From Escherichia phage REP4, in sequence record OQ174503.1: DNA of 64,000 nucleotides, one strand, 5' to 3'. Position numbers and translations under genes: made by a program. The first letter of the stretch is position 1. Every line of letters begins with the position of its first letter. The notes under the pieces are model-generated. The model was not told the DNA's origin and ran no database searches. It saw nothing but the letters and a program-made list of their open reading frames with translations. Below are positions 1 through 10,475 of the stretch, in pieces.

Positions 1-383
1 GGTTGAGAAGCTAAGGCAGCAGTAAATTGAACCGGGGTTCCAATTACTCCAGCAGCAGGACTATCAGGAGTTACTGCCAAGGTAGTTGTCTGCGTCTTTT
101 TATTAACCGTTAATGATACTTCATTAGAAGTAACTTCCTTTGCATCATAATCTGTCGCGGTTACTTGAGCTACACACTTAATTGTTTTAACTCCGCTTGT
201 GGAAGGAGTGTAATTGAATGTAGCAGAAGTTGCTTCGCCTACAGGAGAACCGTCAACGTACCATTGATACGTAGCAGTTGCGCCAGATGGCTGTGAAGCT
301 AAGGCAGCAGTAAATTGAACCGGGGTTCCAATTACTCCAGCAGCAGGACTATCAGGAGTTACTGCTAAGGTAGTTGTTTGTGT
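1..383. repeat. Near-identical ~95-nt direct repeat (1-95 vs 289-383) inside hoc, one Ig-domain period apart
   Basis: Direct comparison of the two segments: only a few mismatches over ~95 nt, spacing 288 nt. Confidence 0.8.
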
Positions 384-663
384 CTTATTTTGAACTGTGA
401 TAGTTGTAGTAGCTTCTGCTGTTTCAGCATCAGTATCTGGAACTGGGTTTGTTGCAACTACTTTAATAGTTTTTTGACCGGCAGGTCCTTTTAGTACATA
501 ACTAAAAGTTGCTTCAGTTCCATCTTGTGGAACATCGTCTACAGTCCAAGCATATGTAATAGGTCCATCTCCAGTTTGACCACTGGGTGTAGCAGTAAAC
601 TGCTGAGTCTGATCTATAACTCCAGTAGGTGTTTTAGGAGTTATATCAACTGTAAAAGCCATA
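1..663 (-). CDS. hoc: Hoc outer capsid decoration protein, N-terminal ~221 codons (rest of gene lies before window start)
   Basis: Manual minus-strand translation from ATG at 663: MAFTVDITPKTPTGVIDQTQQFTATPSGQTGDGPITYAWTVDD...; frame stays open to position 1; tandem Ig-like domain repeats with ~96-codon period. Confidence 0.85.
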
Positions 664-671
664 AGTTATCC

Positions 672-1352
672 TTATTTTAATGTTACGAAAGAAGAATTGC
701 GTGTTTCACGAATTAGAACTGATCCGTCGCGATTAATGTAATAAATTAAGCTAAATAAAGTTTGGTGTGCCGACGCATGTTCAAAACTAGTTGGGTGAGA
801 TTTCCAATCCGGAGTTTCAGCAATCCACTGGTAAATCCACCAAGGAACCGTGCAAAATCCTGGATTTTTTCCAATCAGCTGAAGATTCGGACTAAAGTTT
901 TCCGGAAGAGTAAATACAGACGGCTTTTCAGATTCAATAATCTCAGCTACAGCCTGTTCGAATTTTTCTTCAACAAAAGGAGTATCTTCAATCAAAACAT
1001 CTGTATTTTCAGGAATTTTATCCGTTTCTACTACTTCAATTTTAATGTCAGATTTAACCGGAGAATCAATCAGAAGTGCTGCTTCTGGATTGACTTCTTC
1101 ATCGTCATATTTTAACCCTTCTGCGGCATCAGCAGCATCGATTAAGTCTTTAATAGATAACCCATCAGTCTCTGGCATAGGTTCACTAGCGAGCTTCTGG
1201 AGGGCTTCTTCAATATCAATAACGATATTATCAAAAGATTTATTCTTTTTGACCTTTATACCAAACTGTTCAGCATATTCAGCTAATTTAGCCTTAGCTT
1301 CTTTATTATCATCAAGAGCCTTCAGCTCTGCAATATAATCTTTATCTATCAT
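672..1352 (-). CDS. inh: Inh-like protein (inhibitor of prohead protease), acidic 226 aa
   Basis: 226-aa ORF between hoc and uvsW as in T4; acidic composition; identity by recall only. Confidence 0.7.
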   Translation of the reverse strand: MIDKDYIAELKALDDNKEAKAKLAEYAEQFGIKVKKNKSFDNIVIDIEEALQKLASEPMPETDGLSIKDLIDAADAAEGLKYDDEEVNPEAALLIDSPVKSDIKIEVVETDKIPENTDVLIEDTPFVEEKFEQAVAEIIESEKPSVFTLPENFSPNLQLIGKNPGFCTVPWWIYQWIAETPDWKSHPTSFEHASAHQTLFSLIYYINRDGSVLIRETRNSSFVTLK

Positions 1353-1366
1353 AATATTTCCTCAGT

Positions 1367-1374
1367 ATAAATAT
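1367..1374 (+). promoter_or_regulatory. T4-type late promoter TATAAATA upstream of uvsW
   Basis: Exact TATAAATA 29 nt upstream of uvsW ATG. Confidence 0.55.
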
Positions 1375-1402
1375 AGATATATTTATTACATGGTATTTAG
1401 AC

Positions 1403-2914
1403 ATGACTGACATTAAAGTACATTTTTATGATTTTAGTCACGTGAGAATTGATTGTGAAGAAAGTACATTTCATGAACTCCGTGATTTCTTTAGCTTTGA
1501 AGCTGATGGATATCGTTTTAATCCGAAATACAAATATGGTCACTGGGATGGACGAATCCGTCTTTTAGATTATAATCGCCTTCTTCCGTTTGGCTTAGTC
1601 GGGCAAATTAAAAAGTTCTGTGATAACTTTGGCTATAAAGCCTGGATTGACCCACAAATTAACGAAAAAGAAGAATTATCAAGAAAAGATTTTGATGAAT
1701 GGCTTTCTAAATTAGAAATCTATTCAGGAAATAAAAGAATTGAACCGCATTGGTATCAAAAAGATGCAGTGTTCGAAGGGTTAGTTAATCGTCGTAGAAT
1801 TCTTAATCTTCCAACATCCGCAGGTAAATCTTTAATTCAAGCTTTGCTTGCACGTTATTATTTGGAAAATTATGAAGGTAAAATTCTTATCATTGTTCCA
1901 ACAACTGCTCTGACAACTCAGATGGCTGATGACTTTGTTGATTATCGTTTATTCAGTCATGCAATGATAAAGAAAATTGGCGGCGGAGCATCAAAAGATG
2001 ATAAATATAAAAATGATGCACCGGTAATTGTTGGTACATGGCAAACTGTAGTAAAACAACCAAAAGAATGGTTCTCACAGTTTGGAATGATGATGAATGA
2101 TGAATGCCATCTTGCTACAGGAAAAAGTATTTCATCTATCATATCAGGTTTAAATAACTGCATGTTCAAATTCGGTTTGTCTGGTTCATTACGTGATGGC
2201 AAAGCCAATATCATGCAGTATGTTGGAATGTTTGGTGAAATATTTAAGCCAGTAACGACTTCTAAATTAATGGAAGATGGACAAGTAACTGAGCTAAAAA
2301 TTAATAGTATTTTTCTTCGCTATCCCGATGAGTTCACTACTAAATTAAAGGGAAAAACTTACCAAGAAGAAATAAAAATTATTACTGGGCTCAGTAAAAG
2401 AAATAAATGGATCGCTAAATTAGCTATTAAACTTGCGCAAAAAGATGAAAACGCTTTTGTCATGTTTAAACACGTATCGCACGGTAAAGCTATTTTCGAT
2501 TTAATTAAAAATGAATACGATAAAGTTTATTACGTATCAGGGGAAGTTGATACCGAAACTCGAAACATAATGAAAACCTTAGCTGAAAACGGTAAAGGAA
2601 TAATTATAGTAGCTAGTTATGGTGTATTTTCTACTGGTATTTCAGTTAAAAATCTGCATCATGTTGTTTTAGCGCACGGTGTTAAATCTAAAATTATTGT
2701 ATTGCAAACAATAGGTCGTGTATTACGTAAGCATGGTTCTAAAACAATCGCAACGGTCTGGGACCTCATTGATGATTGCGGTGTTAAGCCAAAATCTGCT
2801 AATACAAAAAAGAAATATGTTCATTTGAACTATCTTTTAAAACACGGCATTGATCGTATTCAGCGCTACGCAGATGAAAAATTTAATTACGTAATGAAAA
2901 CAGTTAATTTATAA
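1403..2914 (+). CDS. uvsW: UvsW SF2 helicase (recombination and replication-fork remodelling)
   Basis: 503 aa; Walker A-like PTSAGKS, DECH box (MMNDECH), helicase C-terminal motifs; matches T4 UvsW in length and sequence. Confidence 0.95.
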   Translation: MTDIKVHFYDFSHVRIDCEESTFHELRDFFSFEADGYRFNPKYKYGHWDGRIRLLDYNRLLPFGLVGQIKKFCDNFGYKAWIDPQINEKEELSRKDFDEWLSKLEIYSGNKRIEPHWYQKDAVFEGLVNRRRILNLPTSAGKSLIQALLARYYLENYEGKILIIVPTTALTTQMADDFVDYRLFSHAMIKKIGGGASKDDKYKNDAPVIVGTWQTVVKQPKEWFSQFGMMMNDECHLATGKSISSIISGLNNCMFKFGLSGSLRDGKANIMQYVGMFGEIFKPVTTSKLMEDGQVTELKINSIFLRYPDEFTTKLKGKTYQEEIKIITGLSKRNKWIAKLAIKLAQKDENAFVMFKHVSHGKAIFDLIKNEYDKVYYVSGEVDTETRNIMKTLAENGKGIIIVASYGVFSTGISVKNLHHVVLAHGVKSKIIVLQTIGRVLRKHGSKTIATVWDLIDDCGVKPKSANTKKKYVHLNYLLKHGIDRIQRYADEKFNYVMKTVNL

Positions 2915-2926
2915 GGGCTTCGGCCC
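2915..2926 (+). terminator. UUCG-tetraloop hairpin gggcttcggccc after uvsW
   Basis: Perfect 4-bp GC stem with UUCG loop immediately after uvsW stop, followed by TTT. Confidence 0.4.
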
Positions 2927-2939
2927 TTTGGAGAAAAAG

Positions 2940-3170
2940 ATGTTACTAGAATTTAAACAATTTCTTTATGAAGCTTCTATTGATGAATTTATGGGTAAAA
3001 TTGCCTCTTGTCAAACATTAGAAGGTCTAGAAGAACTTGAAGCTTATTATAAGAAAAGAGTTAAAGAAACTGAATTAAAAGATACTGATGACATCTCCGT
3101 GAGAGATGCTTTGGCAGGAAAAAGAGCTGAATTAGAAGATTCAGACGATGAAGTAGAAGAAAGCTTTTAA
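2940..3170 (+). CDS. uvsW.1: UvsW.1-like small acidic protein (76 aa)
   Basis: ATG at 2940 preceded by GGAG; the track ORF starting at 2928 uses TTG and is less likely. Confidence 0.75.
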   Translation: MLLEFKQFLYEASIDEFMGKIASCQTLEGLEELEAYYKKRVKETELKDTDDISVRDALAGKRAELEDSDDEVEESF

Positions 3171-3225
3171 ATTAAAAAAGGCCCAACCAAAAAGGAAGGG
3201 CCAAAACTATAGACTAAAGGTCACA

Positions 3226-3393
3226 CTATAGCAAAAGTTGCGTTTCATTTAATTGTTCTTCCGAACTTTCTGAAACTGGTAGTTCTTTGATGTAATTATA
3301 GCAAGGCCCAGGGTGTACAGGACCTTTGTCTGTTTCAACAACCAATGCAGAATCGATTGGAGTTTTACAGACAACACAAATCTTATCTGACAT
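3226..3393 (-). CDS. uvsY.-2: UvsY.-2-like small Cys-rich protein (55 aa)
   Basis: Manual ORF below the 60-aa track cutoff: MSDKICVVCKTPIDSALVVETDKGPVHPGPCYNYIKELPVSESSEEQLNETQLLL; CxxC plus distal Cys. Confidence 0.55.
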   Translation of the reverse strand: MSDKICVVCKTPIDSALVVETDKGPVHPGPCYNYIKELPVSESSEEQLNETQLLL

Positions 3394-3421
3394 GATTGTC
3401 TCCTCTAAATTATATATCTAT

Positions 3422-3646
3422 TTATATAACTCTCATATGCATATCAATGCCCATATCTTTAGAATAAAAATATTCATCAAGATATCCAGCAAATTTTCCT
3501 TTAATATAAAGTACATCTTCACCGCATTGGTGGTCGGCCAGGATACGAATATCCTGACGCTTGAGATTATACTTTTTCATTAAGAATTGAATTTCCGTTT
3601 CGAATTCTTCTTCATAATTAAAAGCATCATCAATGCTATATTTCAT
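3422..3646 (-). CDS. uvsY.-1: UvsY.-1-like protein (74 aa)
   Basis: ORF directly downstream of uvsY with stop/start overlap. Confidence 0.65.
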   Translation of the reverse strand: MKYSIDDAFNYEEEFETEIQFLMKKYNLKRQDIRILADHQCGEDVLYIKGKFAGYLDEYFYSKDMGIDMHMRVI

Positions 3647-4059
3647 TATTTTCCAGCCTCAAATGCTCGCATGTCTTGAATATGCTTGATAGCAAATCCA
3701 CGTGATTTAATAGCATCAAGAGCTCCGCTACAGAAATCCAATAAAATTCCCCAATATTGTAATGAAGTATCAACTTTTAAAACATCCTTATCAGCTGATA
3801 GAACTGTCTTCATTTCTGATTTCTCATAACGATCCATACTAAATTCATCACCATCTCCTCGTCCCGAGTAGTAGTCTAATTTAGCTTTAAGAGCAACTTT
3901 TTTCTGTGCGTCAATTCTAAGCATTTCCTTTTTAATACTTGAATGCTTATTGAGCCATTTACTATATAACATCACATTATTAGCTGCTTCATACTGTAAT
4001 TTAGTCGAATCTATAAACACATCTTTCTTCAATTCTTCTTGAAGATCTTCTAATCTCAT
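3646..4059 (-). CDS. uvsY: UvsY recombination mediator protein
   Basis: 137 aa, MRLEDLQEELKKDVF...; length and sequence match T4 UvsY. Confidence 0.95.
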   Translation of the reverse strand: MRLEDLQEELKKDVFIDSTKLQYEAANNVMLYSKWLNKHSSIKKEMLRIDAQKKVALKAKLDYYSGRGDGDEFSMDRYEKSEMKTVLSADKDVLKVDTSLQYWGILLDFCSGALDAIKSRGFAIKHIQDMRAFEAGK

Positions 4060-4099
4060 ATTGTTCTCTATTCAATTGTTATTGGATGGACTTAGATTC

Positions 4100-4125
4100 A
4101 TTATACCACGTTTACACGTGAAGCA
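4100..4125 (-). promoter_or_regulatory. Putative MotA-dependent middle promoter of uvsY (candidate ori(uvsY)-type origin promoter)
   Basis: On minus strand: MotA-box TGCTTCA, 13-nt spacer, TATAAT, about 40 nt upstream of uvsY ATG; overlaps gene 25 stop. Confidence 0.45.
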
Positions 4126-4524
4126 TTATACTCTATTACTGGAAGCCAGTTGTAGTTTTATCTGCTCAATATCATCAGGGTTATCGATGACCGAAAAGCG
4201 TATTTCTACTATCAGAGTATAATCATCATAAACTGGTATTACATTAACTGCTAATTTATCAATACGTGGCTCGTAGTTTCTTACTGCGCTTTCAATGTTA
4301 CGCTCAACAGTATCAGCAGTAAGAGGAGTCATATTCTCAAAAAGCTGATCAGATAAATCACATCCAAATTCCGGGTCAAATGGTCTCGACCCTTTTCTAG
4401 TTGTAATAATTCCCAAAAGGCTATTTTTAATTGACCTTAATCCAAGGGATCTAGAAACATCTTTGTCCCAATCCATTTTCATTTCTGGGTCAATGTCAGA
4501 ATAAAGCTTATTAATATTTGCCAT
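4126..4524 (-). CDS. 25: gp25 baseplate wedge subunit (lysozyme-like fold)
   Basis: 132 aa, [15 protein letters not shown]...; T4 gp25-like. Confidence 0.95.
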   Translation of the reverse strand: MANINKLYSDIDPEMKMDWDKDVSRSLGLRSIKNSLLGIITTRKGSRPFDPEFGCDLSDQLFENMTPLTADTVERNIESAVRNYEPRIDKLAVNVIPVYDDYTLIVEIRFSVIDNPDDIEQIKLQLASSNRV

Positions 4525-5150
4525 TACAATAGCTCAAAGAATTCTTTGAGTCCTCTTATTACATGAGCGTGAGTTTTTCCACACTCTGGACATTTAATTG
4601 GAACAGCCAAATAAACAGTAGGCTTTAAAAGCATATCTTTTATAGCTACAATATCTGACTCTGTGATGATAGAATATAAATCTTCCAACTCTTTTTCATT
4701 TAAGTCTTCAATTGGAATGCTTTCCCCGTTAGCATGAATCGTTTCTATACATGATACTATCATGTGGGCTATATTTTTATCATCAAAAATTTTAGGGTAA
4801 TGGAACTTAATTTTAATGTCACCCAGTGTATACCAGAGGTCTTCTGGTGCATCTATTTGTGTATGTAATAGATTTATATGGGTTGGTATTTCAGTTCCAC
4901 AGGTGCACTTCCAGGAGTTTTCGTGATTAACTTCTCCAAGAGAATGCGCCCATAAATGAATCAGCAGTAGTTCTGATTCTTGGCGGTTTAAATCTTTTGC
5001 ATTTGTACAGTCTTTGATTAGCTTTTTAACGATCTCTTCTACTGAACCGTTCTTTTTAGCAGTAATAAGTTCTAGATATTCTTTAAGAGTAAATGCGCGA
5101 CAGTTGATTATTTTAGAACCAACTCTCACGTCAAATTTGTATTCATACAT
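4524..5150 (-). CDS. 26: gp26 baseplate hub subunit
   Basis: 208 aa; position and length as T4 gp26. Confidence 0.9.
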   Translation of the reverse strand: MYEYKFDVRVGSKIINCRAFTLKEYLELITAKKNGSVEEIVKKLIKDCTNAKDLNRQESELLLIHLWAHSLGEVNHENSWKCTCGTEIPTHINLLHTQIDAPEDLWYTLGDIKIKFHYPKIFDDKNIAHMIVSCIETIHANGESIPIEDLNEKELEDLYSIITESDIVAIKDMLLKPTVYLAVPIKCPECGKTHAHVIRGLKEFFELL

Positions 5151-5171
5151 ATTTAGCTCCTTTATTTATCA

Positions 5172-5183
5172 TATTTATAAATA
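5172..5183. promoter_or_regulatory. Palindromic bidirectional late promoter TATTTATAAATA between divergent genes 26 and 51
   Basis: Contains TATAAATA on both strands, 18 nt before gene 51 ATG and 22 nt before gene 26 ATG. Confidence 0.55.
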
Positions 5184-5200
5184 GAATAAAAGGAGCATCT

Positions 5201-5950
5201 ATGGCAAACATTATTCGTTGTAAATTACCAGATGGTGTTCATCGTTTTAAACCATTTACGGTAGAAGATTATCGAGATTTTTTGTTAGTTCGAAACGATA
5301 TAGAACATCGGTCACCACAAGAACAAAAAGAAATAATTGCTGATTTAATTGCTGATTATTTTGGAGACTATCCGAAGACTTGGCAACCATTTATATTTTT
5401 GCAGGTATTTGTAGGGTCAATAGGTAAAACTAAAGTACCGGTCACATTTGTATGTCCAAAATGTAAAAAAGAAAAGACAGTTCCATTTGAAATATATCAA
5501 AAAGAATTAAAGGAACCTGTTTTTGATGTAGCTAATGTTAAAATTAAATTAAAGTTTCCTTCTGAGTTTTATGAAAATAAAGCAAAGATGATTACTGAAA
5601 ATATTCATTCTGTTCAAGTAGATGAAACATGGTATGATTGGAAGGAAATTAGCGAATCAAGTCAAATAGAACTTGTTGATGCAATCGAGATAGAAACATT
5701 AGAAAAAATTCTCGATGCAATGAATCCTATTAATTTAACATTGCATATGTCGTGTTGTAATAAGTATGTAAAAAAATACACTGATATAGTAGATGTATTT
5801 AAGCTATTAGTTAACCCAGATGAAATATTTACTTTTTATCAAATTAATCACACACTCGTAAAAAGTAATTATAGCTTAAATTCAATAATGAAAATGATTC
5901 CTGCCGAGCGCGGATTCGTATTAAAACTGATTGAGAAGGATAAACAATAA
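5201..5950 (+). CDS. 51: gp51 baseplate hub assembly catalyst
   Basis: 249 aa; CxxC pairs; T4 gp51-like. Confidence 0.9.
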   Translation: MANIIRCKLPDGVHRFKPFTVEDYRDFLLVRNDIEHRSPQEQKEIIADLIADYFGDYPKTWQPFIFLQVFVGSIGKTKVPVTFVCPKCKKEKTVPFEIYQKELKEPVFDVANVKIKLKFPSEFYENKAKMITENIHSVQVDETWYDWKEISESSQIELVDAIEIETLEKILDAMNPINLTLHMSCCNKYVKKYTDIVDVFKLLVNPDEIFTFYQINHTLVKSNYSLNSIMKMIPAERGFVLKLIEKDKQ

Positions 5951-7125
5951 TGAGTATGTTGCAACGCCCAGGATATCCAAATCTCAGCGTTAAATTATTT
6001 GATAGCTACGACGCTTGGAGTAATAATAGATTTGTTGAATTAGCTGCTACTATTACCACATTAACTATGCGGGATTCTCTTTATGGCCGAAATGAAGGAA
6101 TGCTGCAGTTTTATGATTCTAAAAATATCCATACAAAAATGGATGGAAATGAAATAATTCAGATTTCTGTAGCTAATGCAAACGATATTAATAATGTTAA
6201 AACACGAATTTATGGATGTAAGCATTTTTCCGTGTCAGTAGATTCAAAGGGTGATAACATCATTGCTATTGAATTGGGAACTATTCATTCTATAGAAAAT
6301 CTTAAATTTGGCAGACCGTTTTTCCCTGATGCAGGTGAATCTATAAAGGAAATGCTTGGCGTCATTTATCAAGATCGCACGTTATTAACTCCAGCAATAA
6401 ATGCTATAAATGCTTATGTTCCTGATATTCCATGGACTAGCACATTTGAAAACTATTTGTCGTATGTTAGAGAAGTTGCTCTAGCTGTAGGAAGTGACAA
6501 ATTTGTATTTGTGTGGCAAGACATCATGGGAGTTAACATGATGGACTATGATATGATGATAAATCAAGAACCGTATCCAATGATTGTCGGTGAGCCATCT
6601 TTAATAGGTCAATTCATCCAAGAATTAAAATATCCATTAGCATATGATTTCGTTTGGTTGACTAAATCGAATCCTCACAAACGTGACCCAATGAAAAACG
6701 CTACTATCTATGCGCATTCATTTTTAGATTCTTCATTGCCAATGATTACTACAGGAAAGGGCGAAAACTCTATTGTAGTGTCAAGATCAGGTGCTTATTC
6801 TGAAATGACTTATAGGAACGGGTATGAAGAAGCTATTCGTCTTCAAACTATGGCACAATACGATGGTTATGCTAAATGTTCTACTGTCGGTAATTTTAAC
6901 TTGACACCTGGCGTTAAAATTATTTTTAATGATAGTAAAAACCAATTTAAAACAGAATTTTACGTTGATGAAGTCATCCATGAATTATCCAATAATAATT
7001 CAGTAACTCATCTATATATGTTCACTAATGCAACGAAACTGGAAACAATAGACCCAGTTAAGGTTAAAAATGAATTTAAATCTGATACTACCACTGAAGA
7101 AAGTAGTTCTTCCAATAAGCAATAA
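5950..7125 (+). CDS. 27: gp27 baseplate hub subunit
   Basis: 391 aa; T4 gp27-like. Confidence 0.95.
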   Translation: MSMLQRPGYPNLSVKLFDSYDAWSNNRFVELAATITTLTMRDSLYGRNEGMLQFYDSKNIHTKMDGNEIIQISVANANDINNVKTRIYGCKHFSVSVDSKGDNIIAIELGTIHSIENLKFGRPFFPDAGESIKEMLGVIYQDRTLLTPAINAINAYVPDIPWTSTFENYLSYVREVALAVGSDKFVFVWQDIMGVNMMDYDMMINQEPYPMIVGEPSLIGQFIQELKYPLAYDFVWLTKSNPHKRDPMKNATIYAHSFLDSSLPMITTGKGENSIVVSRSGAYSEMTYRNGYEEAIRLQTMAQYDGYAKCSTVGNFNLTPGVKIIFNDSKNQFKTEFYVDEVIHELSNNNSVTHLYMFTNATKLETIDPVKVKNEFKSDTTTEESSSSNKQ

Positions 7126-7603
7126 AGAAGTTTCTATTCCTAAAATGGGTCTTAAACACTATAACATTTTAAAAGATGTTAAAGGTCCTGATGAAAATTT
7201 AAAACTTTTGATCGATTCTATTTGTCCAAATTTATCACCGGCAGAAGTTGATTTCGTTTCTATTCATTTATTGGAATTTAATGGAAAGATTAAATCTCGT
7301 AAAGAAATAGATGGTTATACTTATGACATTAATGATGTTTATGTATGCCAAAGATTGGAATTTCAATACCAAGGAAATACATTTTATTTTAGACCGCCTG
7401 GAAAATTTGAACAATTTTTAACTGTGAGCGATATGTTATCCAAATGCTTGCTTAAGGTCAATGATGAAGTTAAAGAAATTAATTTTCTTGAGATGCCAGC
7501 ATTCGTTTTAAAATGGGCAAATGATATTTTTACAACTTTAGCAATTCCTGGCCCTAATGGTCCAATAACCGGAATTGGCAATATTATTGGATTATTTGAA
7601 TGA
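7070..7603 (+). CDS. 28: gp28 baseplate hub distal subunit
   Basis: 177 aa, start overlaps 3' end of gene 27. Confidence 0.85.
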   Translation: MNLNLILPLKKVVLPISNKEVSIPKMGLKHYNILKDVKGPDENLKLLIDSICPNLSPAEVDFVSIHLLEFNGKIKSRKEIDGYTYDINDVYVCQRLEFQYQGNTFYFRPPGKFEQFLTVSDMLSKCLLKVNDEVKEINFLEMPAFVLKWANDIFTTLAIPGPNGPITGIGNIIGLFE

Positions 7604-9372
7604 AAAAGCCACAAGAAATGCAAACGATGCGTAGAAAAGTTATTTCAGATAATAAACCAACACAGGAAGCGGCTAAATCCGCTTCTAACACTTTATCTGG
7701 ACTTAACGATATATCTACGAAATTGGATGATGCCCAAGCTGCTTCTGAATTAATTGCTCAAACTGTCGAAGAAAAATCGAATGAAATAATTGGAGCAATT
7801 GACAACGTAGAAAGCGCAGTGAGTGATACTACTGCCGGTTCTGAGTTAATTGCTGAAACTGTCGAAATTGGCAATAATATTAATAAAGAAATCGGTGAAT
7901 CACTCGGGAGCAAATTAGATAAATTAACAAGTTTACTAGAACAAAAAATTCAGACAGCTGGAATTCAACAGACGGGAACTAGTTTAGCTACGGTTGAAAG
8001 CGCTATTCCTGTTAAAGTTGTTGAGGATGATACAGCTGAATCTGTGGGTCCTTTATTACCGGCTCCTGAAGCAGTTAATAATGATCCTGATGCTGATTTT
8101 TTCCCTACCCCTCAGCCAGTTGAACCTAAACAAGAATCGCCAGAAGAAAAACAGAAAAAAGACGCATTTAACTTAAAATTATCTCAAGCTTTAGATAAAT
8201 TAACGAAGACTGTTGATTTTGGATTTAAGAAATCTATTTCAATTACTGATAAAATATCAAGCATGCTATTTAAGTATACCGTCAGTGCTGCTATTGAAGC
8301 TGCTAAAATGACTGCAATGATATTGGCTGTTGTTGTTGGAATAGATCTGCTGATGGTTCACTTTAAATATTGGTCAGATAAATTTTCGCAGGCTTGGGAT
8401 TTGTTTAGTTCAAACTTTACTAAATTCTCTAGCGAAACCGGAACATGGGGTCCTTTATTACAGAGCATCTTTAGTTCTATTGATGAAATTAAAAAATTCT
8501 GGGAAGAGGGAGATTGGGGCGGTTTGACGGTAGCTATTGTAGAAGGGCTTGGAAAGGTTCTTTATAATTTAGGTGAACTTATTCAATTAGGTATGGCTAA
8601 ATTATCTGCGGCAATTCTTCGAGTCATTCCTGGTATGAAGGATACTGCTGATGAAGTAGAAGGAAGAGCACTAGAAAATTTCCAAAATTCTACTGGAGCA
8701 TCTCTCAATAAAGAAGACCAGGAAAAAGTTGCAAATTATCAAGATAAACGAATGAACGGAGACCTTGGTCCGATAGCAAAAGGATTAGATAAAATTGCTA
8801 ATTGGAAAACTCGTGCATCTAACTGGATTCGTGGCGTTGATAATAAAGAAGCACTAACTACCGACGAAGAACGCGCAGCAGAAGAAGAAAAATTAAAGCA
8901 ACTTTCACCAGAAGAAAGAAAAAATGCTTTAATGAAGGCTAATGAAGCTCGGGCCGCGATGATTCGTTTTGAAAAATATGCTGATTCAGCTGATATGAGT
9001 AAAGACTCAACGGTTAAATCAGTTGAAGCTGCCTATGAAGACCTTAAAAAACGGATGGATGACCCGGATTTAAATAATTCACCGGCAGTTAAAAAAGAAC
9101 TTGCTGCTAGATTTTCTAAAATTGATGCTACTTATCAGGAGCTCAAGAAAAATCAGCCTAATGCCAAACCTCAAACTTCTGCTAAATCGCCAGAAGCAAA
9201 ACAAGTCCAGGTAATAGAAAAGAACAAAGCACAGCAAGCTCCTGTTCAACAAGCATCTCCTTCGATCAATAATACTAATAACGTTGTTAAGAAAAATACT
9301 GTCGTTCATAATATGACACCCGTAACGAGCACGACTGCTCCTGGTGTATTTGATGCGACTGGAGTTAATTAA
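7600..9372 (+). CDS. 29: gp29 baseplate hub subunit / tail length determinator
   Basis: 590 aa, ATGA overlap with gene 28, coiled-coil rich. Confidence 0.9.
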   Translation: MKKPQEMQTMRRKVISDNKPTQEAAKSASNTLSGLNDISTKLDDAQAASELIAQTVEEKSNEIIGAIDNVESAVSDTTAGSELIAETVEIGNNINKEIGESLGSKLDKLTSLLEQKIQTAGIQQTGTSLATVESAIPVKVVEDDTAESVGPLLPAPEAVNNDPDADFFPTPQPVEPKQESPEEKQKKDAFNLKLSQALDKLTKTVDFGFKKSISITDKISSMLFKYTVSAAIEAAKMTAMILAVVVGIDLLMVHFKYWSDKFSQAWDLFSSNFTKFSSETGTWGPLLQSIFSSIDEIKKFWEEGDWGGLTVAIVEGLGKVLYNLGELIQLGMAKLSAAILRVIPGMKDTADEVEGRALENFQNSTGASLNKEDQEKVANYQDKRMNGDLGPIAKGLDKIANWKTRASNWIRGVDNKEALTTDEERAAEEEKLKQLSPEERKNALMKANEARAAMIRFEKYADSADMSKDSTVKSVEAAYEDLKKRMDDPDLNNSPAVKKELAARFSKIDATYQELKKNQPNAKPQTSAKSPEAKQVQVIEKNKAQQAPVQQASPSINNTNNVVKKNTVVHNMTPVTSTTAPGVFDATGVN

Positions 9373-9380
9373 GGAATAAT

Positions 9381-10475
9381 ATGGCAATTGTTAAAGAAAT
9401 AACTGCTGATTTAATTAAAAAGTCCGGTGAGAAAATTTCAGCCGGACAGAGTACTAAATCAGAAGTAGCAACTAAAACATACACTGCCCAGTTTCCAACT
9501 GGGCGTGCTAGTGGTAATGACACTACAGGGGACTTCCAGGTAACAGATCTATATAAGAATGGATTATTATTTACTGCATACAATATGTCATCTAGGGATT
9601 CTGGAAGTCTTAGATCGATGAGATCTAACTACTCTTCTTCATCTTCGAGTATTTTAAGTACAGCTAGAAACACTATTAGTAGTACAGTATCAAAACTATC
9701 AAATGGATTAATATCAAACAATAATTCAGGAACAATAAGTAAAGCTCCTGTGGCAAATATTCTTTTACCGAGATCTAAATCTGATGTTGATACATCATCA
9801 CATAGATTTAATGATGTTCAAGAAAGTCTTATCAGCAGAGGCGGAGGTACTGCTACTGGCGTGTTAAGTAATATTGCTTCAACTGCAGTATTTGGTGCGC
9901 TAGAAAGTATAACACAAGGTATAATGGCTGATAATAATGAACAGATTTATACGACAGCCAGAAGTATGTATGGCGGTGCTGAGAATAGAACTAAAGTGTT
10001 TACATGGGATTTGACACCACGTTCAACAGAAGATTTGATGGCTATTATTAATATCTATCAGTATTTTAACTATTTTTCTTATGGTGAAACGGGTAAATCT
10101 CAATATGCTGCTGAAATAAAGGGGTATTTAGATGATTGGTATCGTTCTACGTTAATTGAACCTTTATCTCCGGAAGACGCGGCTAAAAATAAAACACTAT
10201 TTGAGAAAATGACATCGAGTTTAACTAACGTTCTAGTAGTTTCAAACCCGACAATTTGGATGGTGAAAAACTTTGGTGCAACATCTAAGTTTGATGGAAA
10301 AACGGAAATATTTGGCCCATGCCAAATACAGAGCATCAGATTTGATAAAACACCTAATGGTAACTTTAACGGATTAGCTATTGCTCCAAACCTCCCTAGT
10401 ACATTTACTCTTGAGATTACTATGAGAGAAATTATCACGTTAAACCGTGCTTCTTTATATGCGGGGACTTTTTAA
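9381..10475 (+). CDS. 48: gp48 baseplate tail-tube cap
   Basis: 364 aa; T4 gp48-like. Confidence 0.9.
   Translation: MAIVKEITADLIKKSGEKISAGQSTKSEVATKTYTAQFPTGRASGNDTTGDFQVTDLYKNGLLFTAYNMSSRDSGSLRSMRSNYSSSSSSILSTARNTISSTVSKLSNGLISNNNSGTISKAPVANILLPRSKSDVDTSSHRFNDVQESLISRGGGTATGVLSNIASTAVFGALESITQGIMADNNEQIYTTARSMYGGAENRTKVFTWDLTPRSTEDLMAIINIYQYFNYFSYGETGKSQYAAEIKGYLDDWYRSTLIEPLSPEDAAKNKTLFEKMTSSLTNVLVVSNPTIWMVKNFGATSKFDGKTEIFGPCQIQSIRFDKTPNGNFNGLAIAPNLPSTFTLEITMREIITLNRASLYAGTF

Noticed and set aside
762-1338. Plus-strand track ORFs 762..1115 and 1045..1338 inside inh
   Set aside because: Antisense to a well-supported gene, low-complexity translation, no RBS. The same reasoning applies to the other antisense track ORFs lying inside long genes (e.g. 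1957..2214, 6787..6981, 12302..12529, 36719..37198, 46572..47046, 49770..50237, 54230..55134, 62474..62977).
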